A DNA stretch of 8,785 bases from a virus. Taxonomy: Duplodnaviria > Heunggongvirae > Uroviricota > Caudoviricetes. Both the position numbers and the translations under genes were made by a program. The notes under the pieces are model-generated. The model was not told the origin of the DNA. It saw nothing but the letters and a program-made list of their open reading frames with translations, and did no database searches. Of the stretch, positions 1-4,982 are shown in pieces. Position 1 is the first letter of the stretch, and every line of letters begins with the position of its first letter. The stretch is taken from the IMG/VR virus record IMGVR_UViG_2778261571_000014, positions 1 to 8,785 of that record. One strand, 5' to 3'.

Positions 1-1410
1 GGATCACTGGCAGAGGCCGCAAATCAGAAAGGCGATTTCGCACAAAATGCAGCAAAAAATGCCGGAGTTAACCTTGCCGCTCAGGGGGTTCTTTCCGCAG
101 CAGCAAAGGGAATAGGGCGTGGAATAACGGCTATAAAAGGTGATATTGCGCCAGAAGTGGCGAAGAAAATTGCCACATCAGAATCGATGGGCGTGACACC
201 AATGACATCTGATGTTATCCCGCCGAAAAATGCTTTCACTCGCGGCCTAACTCAGGATGCCGAGGGGGCTTTGCTCGGGACAGGCTCAAAGCGAGCGGAG
301 CAATATGCAACGCGTAGTAAGCTGGTAAGTAATTATTTTGACCGTTTTGGTGAGTACAACCCTGATGATGTGGTGAAATCTCTTACCACCACGTTAAGGG
401 GGCGGAAGGATGCCGCTGGCGCTGTTATCAATGACGTCACCAATAAAATGGGTAATGCCGCAGTTGATACCACAAATACCATGAATGCTCTGAATACAGC
501 GATCGCAAGACAGGAACGGCTTGGGACGTCTGCCAATCAAAGCCTGCTTACATCCTTGCGTAACCTACGTGAAGAATTAGCAAACCCTGCAACTGATTTG
601 GATGTTACGTTTGATCTCTTGCGTCAGCACAGAACAGCATTTAGATCTAATGTTCAGGGAGATGCTATGGTCTTCCCCAACCAGGCAAAAGCAGCTACCA
701 ATATGGTAGAGAATGCAATGTCAAAAGACCTTCGTAACGCAGTTGCTAAAAACCTCGGTGCATCAGACGCAGCAAAATACCTTAAAGCAAATTCCGATTA
801 TGCAAACGTTTATAATAAGGTGCTTAATAAAAACATTGCCAACAAGCTCAACAAGGCAAGCAGTGAAGCCAGTCCTGAACTTATAAATACCGTTGTATTA
901 AGCAGAAAACCATCTGACGTGAAACGAATCTGGAGCGCACTGGATGATAAGGGGAAAGATGCTATGCGTGCAGCTTACGTCAGCAAAATAGCGGAAAAGG
1001 CCGGGGACTCTCCAGCCAAGTTCATCACTGAAGTTAATAAGCTGAAATCTCAGTCAGGCGGTGAAATTTACAACACTATTTTTTCTGGAAAGCACATGAA
1101 AGAGCTTGATGCTCTTCATGAAGTTCTACAGCAAACAGCAAGGTCAGACACCGCAAATGTAGTAACTCAGACGGGGCAATCGCAAGCCAACAGGATAAGG
1201 ACGATTGGCGCAACTACGACTCTTGGCGTATCAATGGGGCTTGAGGCTGGTTTCGGTGCAATGATGCGCTTGTATGAGTCTAAAGCAGCAAGAAACATGC
1301 TTCTCCGCCTTGCAAACGTCAAGCCTGGAACTCCGGCATATGAGCGAGCGTTAAATCAGGCTGCTAACGCCGTTCGCCCTCTCCTAACTAACGAAGCTAC
1401 CAGGCAGTAG
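1..1410 (+). CDS. Phage DNA-ejection (injection) protein, P22 gp16-like by position; 5'-truncated by the window edge
   Basis: Frame 1 is open from base 1 with no stop before the track ATG at 157, so the 417-aa ORF is the 3' part of a longer gene; stop TAG 1408-1410. The translation is Ala/Lys/Asn/Thr-rich with no TM segment. Product is assigned from synteny (directly upstream of the sie/immI block and tailspike), not from a recognised motif. Confidence 0.65.
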   Translation, partial: GSLAEAANQKGDFAQNAAKNAGVNLAAQGVLSAAAKGIGRGITAIKGDIAPEVAKKIATSESMGVTPMTSDVIPPKNAFTRGLTQDAEGALLGTGSKRAEQYATRSKLVSNYFDRFGEYNPDDVVKSLTTTLRGRKDAAGAVINDVTNKMGNAAVDTTNTMNALNTAIARQERLGTSANQSLLTSLRNLREELANPATDLDVTFDLLRQHRTAFRSNVQGDAMVFPNQAKAATNMVENAMSKDLRNAVAKNLGASDAAKYLKANSDYANVYNKVLNKNIANKLNKASSEASPELINTVVLSRKPSDVKRIWSALDDKGKDAMRAAYVSKIAEKAGDSPAKFITEVNKLKSQSGGEIYNTIFSGKHMKELDALHEVLQQTARSDTANVVTQTGQSQANRIRTIGATTTLGVSMGLEAGFGAMMRLYESKAARNMLLRLANVKPGTPAYERALNQAANAVRPLLTNEATRQ

Positions 1411-1429
1411 AAATGAACGCCAAGGAAGG

Positions 1430-1759
1430 CTATTTAATTCTCTTTTCAATGGCTGCAATTATTGCTTTTCCTGATGTTTCAGGAGATTTTGTAGCCATAT
1501 AAGACGAAAAAATCATGTCGGTCATTCTTTCATAACTTACTATTTCCCACTTAGCCAATGCATGGGACAGTTTGTAGTTGTCATCAGTTAGTGCCCTTAT
1601 GGAATTTTTTAAGTGTTTATTCTCTTCTGTTAATCGCGCAATTTTTGTATCAATTTCATGTGAGCGATCTAATTCCTTAACCTGTTTCTTGAGGGCAGCT
1701 AACCCTGCATATAGTACGCAACAGGATATCCCAAGAGCGAGTACGACTATTTCTAACAC
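1430..1759 (-). CDS. Small membrane protein (N-terminal TM helix plus coiled-coil-like region); candidate superinfection-exclusion or accessory protein
   Basis: Track ORF 1430..1975(-). Preferred start is the in-frame GTG at 1759-1757, preceded by AAGGAGG (1770-1764) with 4-nt spacing. The product begins VLEIVVLALGISCCVLYAGLAAL (hydrophobic, about 22 aa) followed by a charged heptad-like segment (KKQVKELDRSHEIDTKIARLTEENKHLKNSIRAL). The upstream extension 1760-1975 is W/H/C/F-rich and overlaps the better-looking + gene 1790..2155. Sits where sieA lies in P22. Confidence 0.5.
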   Translation of the reverse strand: MLEIVVLALGISCCVLYAGLAALKKQVKELDRSHEIDTKIARLTEENKHLKNSIRALTDDNYKLSHALAKWEIVSYERMTDMIFSSYMATKSPETSGKAIIAAIEKRIK

Positions 1760-1789
1760 ACCAACCTCCTTAGTTTTTCGCAGGATACC

Positions 1790-2155
1790 ATGAAAAAAGT
1801 TAACATTGGAAACGTACCAAAAATGCTCGTTCCGCTCTTTGAGAGCGGTACAATTGTGTTTTGTAGAGACTTTCCAGAATGGCAACGCCTGCATCAAAAA
1901 CTTGGCGTTGACGTGCATGACTCGGACGCCAACGGAGCGTCTCATACAATGAGTAGCGAGAATGGTGTTTTGCATGTGATAGGCGTGTTCAATGGCAAAC
2001 TATCTACTATTGCCCATGAGTGCGCTCACATGGCATTCGATATCTGCTCAAGGGTAGGTGTTGATGTTGAACCAGGAAGAGCCAACGAGACTTACTGCTA
2101 CTTAATGAGCAGGCTTGTTGAGTTCTGCGAGCGACATATCAAAAAGCCGGAGTGA
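1790..2155 (+). CDS. Hypothetical 121-aa protein with an HExxH motif (possible small zincin / ImmA-IrrE(M78)-like metallopeptidase)
   Basis: ATG 1790 preceded by AGGA (1781-1784) with 5-nt spacing; stop TGA 2153-2155. The translation contains STIAHECAHMAF (HECAH encoded at 2015-2029), which resembles the xTxAHExxH signature of M78/ImmA-type peptidases. The function is inferred from the motif only. Confidence 0.55.
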   Translation: MKKVNIGNVPKMLVPLFESGTIVFCRDFPEWQRLHQKLGVDVHDSDANGASHTMSSENGVLHVIGVFNGKLSTIAHECAHMAFDICSRVGVDVEPGRANETYCYLMSRLVEFCERHIKKPE

Positions 2156-2163
2156 CCCGGCTT
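2144..2163. terminator. Hairpin between convergent genes (AAGCCGG-agtgac-CCGGCTT); probable intrinsic terminator, better on the minus strand
   Basis: 7-bp stem 2144-2150 / 2157-2163 with a 6-nt loop that contains the TGA stop of 1790..2155. On the minus strand the stem is followed directly by TTTGATAT, giving a 5-T run with the stem Ts. On the + strand it is followed by GATTATTACTTTTT. Confidence 0.35.
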
Positions 2164-2168
2164 GATTA

Positions 2169-2348
2169 TTACTTTTTGCTGTCTGGAGTTCGCTTATCTA
2201 ATACCCAGCCATGACCTGGCTTTGTTGTTGGTGGAAGCCTTTCGTTGTCCTTGACGGTGGCAAAATTGTCTTTCTTACCGCCGCGCGGGCCAACTTCTTG
2301 GTATATTCCGCCGTTTTTTCCTGTGTTTTCACCTGGTTTTTTCGCCAT
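2169..2348 (-). CDS. Small 59-aa Gly/Lys-rich hypothetical protein
   Basis: Track ORF 2169..2363(-). Preferred start is the second ATG (2348-2346), preceded by GAGG with 6-nt spacing, giving MAKKPGENTGKNGGIYQEVGPRGGKKDNFATVKDNERLPPTTKPGHGWVLDKRTPDSKK. Low complexity, so coding status is uncertain. I have an unverified recollection that a 59-codon ORF occupies this position in P22. Confidence 0.4.
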   Translation of the reverse strand: MAKKPGENTGKNGGIYQEVGPRGGKKDNFATVKDNERLPPTTKPGHGWVLDKRTPDSKK

Positions 2349-2437
2349 GATATACCTCAACATGCACTCGTTATTGGGCGATTAAATATTGATCTCATTT
2401 TATGAGTAGTCAATATGGTCCAAAAAAGGCAAAAATT

Positions 2438-2465
2438 AACCCACCTTCAGGTGGGTTTTTTGTTT
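2438..2465. terminator. Bidirectional rho-independent terminator (AACCCACC-ttca-GGTGGGTT followed by TTTTGTTT)
   Basis: 8-bp stem 2438-2445 / 2450-2457, loop 2446-2449, T-run to 2465 on the + strand. On the minus strand the same stem is followed by AATTTTTGCCTTTTTT. The TGA stop of the minus-strand RHH gene (2449-2447) lies in the loop. Confidence 0.6.
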
Positions 2466-2767
2466 AGCAGTTCTCTCAACTTTTCGTTCTGCTCTCTGAA
2501 CTTTTCCTGTATTTCTTTTTGCATGGCGATAACCTGGGCTTGAAGTTGAACTAGCGCATCAACATTTAGCGGAACCGAGACGCTGTTGATTTTATCTGCT
2601 ATTTCCCCGAGTGTATTTTCTGCATTCAAGGCATCTTCCAGTATCTGAACAATCTCTGAGTTCATTGATCTGCCGTTACGTTTGGCTCGTTCAGCTATAG
2701 CATCCCGCATTCCTGCAGGAAGCCTGATATTGAACCTATCCATTTCATGACTAGGGAACTTGCTCAT
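2447..2767 (-). CDS. Ribbon-helix-helix (Arc/Mnt-family) repressor, 106 aa, with a C-terminal coiled-coil-like extension
   Basis: ATG 2767-2765 preceded by GAGG with 4-nt spacing; stop TGA 2449-2447. The N-terminus DRFNIRLPAGMRDAIAERAKRNGRSMNSEIVQILEDAL matches the Arc/Mnt beta-strand and helix signature (FN.R.P ... NGRS.NSE) recalled from P22 Arc and Mnt. It is divergent from the arc-like gene, which is the Mnt position in P22 immI. Confidence 0.75.
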   Translation of the reverse strand: MSKFPSHEMDRFNIRLPAGMRDAIAERAKRNGRSMNSEIVQILEDALNAENTLGEIADKINSVSVPLNVDALVQLQAQVIAMQKEIQEKFREQNEKLRELLNKKPT

Positions 2768-2803
2768 ATGACCTCAACGTAAAGATGTTCGCTAAACAAT
2801 AGC

Positions 2804-2866
2804 ACCAACTTGACATCAAAATAAATGGTGTTAAATTGGTTCTAGAACCAAGTTGGTATCATTATA
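2804..2866. promoter_or_regulatory. Divergent control region of the immI-like locus: rightward Pant-like promoter plus palindromic operator candidates
   Basis: Seen directly: -35 TTGACA (2810-2815), 16-bp spacer, extended -10 TGtTAAATT (TG 2829-2830, hexamer 2832-2837). A perfect 16-bp palindrome TTGGTTCTAGAACCAA (2836-2851) overlaps the -10 and predicted start. A 9-bp inverted repeat ACCAACTTG (2804-2812) / CAAGTTGGT (2849-2857) flanks it. A perfect TATAAT on the minus strand (2866-2861) is a candidate leftward -10 but has no good -35. Confidence 0.5.
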
Positions 2867-2878
2867 GGAGGATTACTT

Positions 2879-3052
2879 ATGAAAGATGTGCTTTACACAG
2901 GTCGTAAAAGTCAAAGTTTTCAGCTTCGTTTGCCAGCGCGAATGAAGGAGGAGATTAGACGTGTTGCTGAAATGGATGGAATTTCTATCAACTCTGCGAT
3001 TGTGCAGCGACTGGCTAAAAGCCTGAGAGAGGAAAGAGCTAATGCCCAGTAA
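2879..3052 (+). CDS. arc: Arc-like ribbon-helix-helix repressor, 57 aa (absent from the supplied ORF track, presumably below its length cutoff)
   Basis: ATG 2879 preceded by AGGAGG (2866-2871) with 7-nt spacing; stop TAA 3050-3052. Translation MKDVLYTGRKSQSFQLRLPARMKEEIRRVAEMDGISINSAIVQRLAKSLREERANAQ aligns by eye with P22 Arc (…QFNLRWPREV…AEENGRSVNSEIYQRV…). It lies between the divergent RHH gene and the antirepressor gene, as arc does in P22. Confidence 0.75.
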   Translation: MKDVLYTGRKSQSFQLRLPARMKEEIRRVAEMDGISINSAIVQRLAKSLREERANAQ

Positions 3053-3125
3053 AAATAGTGAAGCCCAGCAGTGCGCGAACACAAACTGGGCCTCTATGTC
3101 AGTAACCGTATGCAAGGAAACTAAC

Positions 3126-3752
3126 ATGAATATTGTAGCAAAATCAGATTACAACTTCCACGGAGTTGAGTTGGTGCCCACCCGTGATATGCATGGTGTT
3201 TGGTTTACATCATCTAATATTGCATCTGCACTTAAATACGCAAATAGTCGTGCAGTAACAATGATTTATAACAAGTATAGCGATGAGTTTAGCGCCGGAA
3301 TGACTCAGGTACTCGAAGTGAGTACCTCAGGAAATTATCGCAAAAAAGTGCGAGTTTTCTCACTACGCGGTGCCCACCTAATCGCGATGTTTGCTCGCAC
3401 TCCGGTAGCCAAAGAGTTTCGCCGCTGGGTGCTGGATATTTTGGATCGGCAGGCAGAATGCTCACCGATTGCAAAACAGTTTACTGACGAAGAACTGGTT
3501 AATCTCTGCTACTTACAATTGTGGATGGAGAAGAGTCAACAAATGTGCAAACACATCTACCCAGGAATGAAGCAAATTGGTTCTGAGCTTTCAGGAAGAA
3601 TTTACGATATTGCATATGAGACTCGCTATATGTCAGAAGAAACCAAGAAATCACTTCTTCGTGAAATGAAGAATCTTGATACCAACAATTTTGTCGTAAA
3701 GAACGCTCAGCCAATGCTGACAAAACTGCGCGGCGAGGAATGGATTCATTGA
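3126..3752 (+). CDS. Phage antirepressor, Bro-N/AntA-type N-terminal domain
   Basis: Track ORF 3042..3752. Preferred start is ATG 3126, preceded by AAGGAAA with 5-nt spacing. The recognisable domain (NFHGVELVPTRDMHGVWFTSSNIASALKY … VRVFSLRGAHLIAMFARTPVAKEFRRWVLDIL) begins about 10 aa after it and matches the Bro-N/AntA pattern (F.F…WF…A..L… ending …A..F..WV). The alternative ATG 3042 overlaps the arc stop by 11 nt and cannot be excluded. Stop TGA 3750-3752. Confidence 0.7.
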   Translation: MNIVAKSDYNFHGVELVPTRDMHGVWFTSSNIASALKYANSRAVTMIYNKYSDEFSAGMTQVLEVSTSGNYRKKVRVFSLRGAHLIAMFARTPVAKEFRRWVLDILDRQAECSPIAKQFTDEELVNLCYLQLWMEKSQQMCKHIYPGMKQIGSELSGRIYDIAYETRYMSEETKKSLLREMKNLDTNNFVVKNAQPMLTKLRGEEWIH

Positions 3753-3781
3753 TTGGTGCGCCGGACGGCGCAAAAAGAAAA

Positions 3782-3802
3782 CCGCCAGTGTGCTGCTGGC
3801 GG
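3782..3802 (-). terminator. Terminator-like GC-rich hairpin on the minus strand (CCGCCAG-7 nt-CTGGCGG followed by TTTTCTTTTT)
   Basis: 7-bp stem 3782-3788 / 3796-3802. On the minus strand it is followed by a T-tract (complement of the A-run 3772-3780); on the + strand no T-tract follows. A second short hairpin GCGCC-ggac-GGCGC lies at 3758-3771. No minus-strand gene is evident upstream of it. Confidence 0.3.
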
Positions 3803-3840
3803 CCTATGTCACACCCTTACTACCACATAAGGAATGCCTA

Positions 3841-4566
3841 ATGACTTTGAAGAATGTAGCAAACATCGGATCCGTTGTCACGGATAAAACCATTGACAGC
3901 CAAAGTCTTCTGATGATGGTTAATGAAGCTCGCAAGTTATGTGGAGAGCCATCAGTACGTAACAACAAATTCATCGAGAAAATTGAGGATGAATTGGAGG
4001 GCGAGACCTACACAAAAAGTGTAGGTCGGAAAAACGGGGCTGACATTGATGTTATCTCCATGACTATCAAGCAGGCGCTTCGTGTTGCTGCTCGCGAATC
4101 TAAAGCAGTTCGCCGAACACTTGTAGACAAACTTGAAAGTATGCAGGAAGCACACATTAAAAGCGGTAAATCAGCGAGTGGACTTGTTGAGTATCGTCAA
4201 GCGCGAACATTGAAAATGACGGTTGAAGCTGTTACCAATCTGTTCGATCTGATGCCAAATCTTGCGCCTGAGGCAAAGCAGACAGCGGCAGCAAGTATAA
4301 TCAACCCGCTCGTTGGTTTTAATGCAATACCTCTTCCGGCAATAGAAGAGCATTACTACTCAGCAGGGGAGGTTGCAGAGCAGCTTGGAGTAACGGCCAA
4401 CAAGATTGGTCGTATTGCTAACGCAAACAACCTCAAAACTGAGCAGTACGGGAAGTTCTTCCTAGATAAATCGGCGCATTCCAGCAAACAGGTAGAGGCG
4501 TTCCGTTACAATTCTGAAGGCGTTAAAGCACTACAACACCTGCTACATGGCTCAAATGTGGCGTAA
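3841..4566 (+). CDS. Second antirepressor-like / phage regulatory protein (Rha- or KilAC-like features), 241 aa
   Basis: Track ORF 3790..4566. Preferred start is ATG 3841, preceded by AAGGAA with 6-nt spacing; the 3790 start would place the GC hairpin in coding sequence and lacks an RBS. Stop TAA 4564-4566. The C-terminal segment SAGEVAEQLGVTANKIGRIANANNL looks like a helix-turn-helix. Family assignment is from memory of antirepressor C-terminal domains and is tentative. Confidence 0.55.
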   Translation: MTLKNVANIGSVVTDKTIDSQSLLMMVNEARKLCGEPSVRNNKFIEKIEDELEGETYTKSVGRKNGADIDVISMTIKQALRVAARESKAVRRTLVDKLESMQEAHIKSGKSASGLVEYRQARTLKMTVEAVTNLFDLMPNLAPEAKQTAAASIINPLVGFNAIPLPAIEEHYYSAGEVAEQLGVTANKIGRIANANNLKTEQYGKFFLDKSAHSSKQVEAFRYNSEGVKALQHLLHGSNVA

Positions 4567-4584
4567 CATTTTATAATGAAAACT

Positions 4585-4615
4585 AAACCCGCTTAATCGC
4601 GGGTTTTTTCTTTCC
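4585..4615. terminator. Bidirectional rho-independent terminator (AAACCCGC-ttaatc-GCGGGTTT followed by TTTCTTTCC)
   Basis: 8-bp stem 4585-4592 / 4599-4606 with a 6-nt loop, then a T-rich tract on the + strand and AGTTTTCATT on the minus strand. It lies 19 bp after the + gene stop (4566), and the minus-strand mnt-like stop (4595-4593) sits in the loop. Confidence 0.6.
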
Positions 4616-4850
4616 TTAGAATTTCAGCCGCAACTTCTTTTACTCGTTCCGAGATTAATGAGGCCAGCCTCTCTTCTTCATCACGATACCCGCTTACAGG
4701 TGATGGTTTGGAGAGTGATTCTTCCATCGTAGCCACAATTTCGGAATTGATAGACCTGTTATTCATTTTTGCACGCTGCTTAATCTTAGCGTGCAACTCG
4801 TGCGTAAGCCTCAAGTGGAACTGCGCCTCATCGTATTTGCTGTACATCAT
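4593..4850 (-). CDS. mnt: Mnt-type ribbon-helix-helix repressor homolog, 85 aa
   Basis: Track ORF 4593..4928(-). Preferred start is ATG 4850-4848, preceded by GAGG with 5-nt spacing. The product MMYSKYDEAQFHLRLTHELHAKIKQRAKMNNRSINSEIVATMEESLSKPSPVSGYRDEEERLASL… aligns along its length with P22 Mnt as recalled (…HFNFRMPMEVREKLKFRAEANGRSMNSELLQIVQDALSKPSPVTGYRNDAERLA…). The upstream extension (MHTEMVRLLICTVGFTMPFHPFGEAL) has no RBS. Confidence 0.8.
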   Translation of the reverse strand: MMYSKYDEAQFHLRLTHELHAKIKQRAKMNNRSINSEIVATMEESLSKPSPVSGYRDEEERLASLISERVKEVAAEILRKEKTRD

Positions 4851-4982
4851 CAATGCCTCACCAAATGGGTGGAATGGCATCGTAAAACCTACTGTACAAA
4901 TCAACAATCGTACCATTTCGGTATGCAATAAACACCAACCGTAGCCATGCTGCGGCGATTCCTTGTATCTGGAGCAAATTAA

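Noticed and set aside
333-536. 67-aa ORF antisense within the ejection-protein gene
   Set aside because: Fully embedded antisense in a long, well-behaved coding frame; no RBS or recognisable product.
1578-1793. 71-aa + strand ORF
   Set aside because: Antisense to the membrane-protein gene; Ser/Cys-rich random-looking translation.
1760-1975. N-terminal 72-aa extension of track ORF 1430..1975(-)
   Set aside because: The extension (MQNTILATHCMRRSVGVRVMHVNAKF…) is W/H/C-rich, has no RBS, and overlaps the better-supported + gene 1790..2155 on the opposite strand. A GTG at 1759 with an AAGGAGG RBS is a better start.
2211-2405. 64-aa + strand ORF
   Set aside because: Antisense to the 59-aa gene; W/C/F-rich translation and no RBS.
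2873-3127. 84-aa minus-strand ORF
   Set aside because: Lies antisense to the Arc-like gene and control region; the + strand Arc-like ORF has a strong RBS and clear family similarity.
3289-3723. Two minus-strand ORFs (3289..3474, 3499..3723) inside the antirepressor gene
   Set aside because: Antisense to a gene with a recognisable Bro-N/AntA-type domain; no RBS or motifs.
3790-3840. Upstream start (ATG 3790) for the second antirepressor-like gene
   Set aside because: Would put the GC-rich hairpin 3782-3802 at the start of coding and has no RBS; ATG 3841 has AAGGAA at good spacing.
3952-4353. Two minus-strand ORFs (3952..4155, 4171..4353) inside the second antirepressor-like gene
   Set aside because: Antisense, Cys-rich, no RBS. 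They were considered because a minus-strand terminator-like hairpin lies downstream at 3782-3802, but nothing else supports them.
4708-4944. 78-aa + strand ORF, and the 4851-4928 extension of the mnt-like ORF
   Set aside because: The + ORF is antisense to the clear Mnt homologue. The Mnt extension lacks an RBS and adds residues absent from P22 Mnt.
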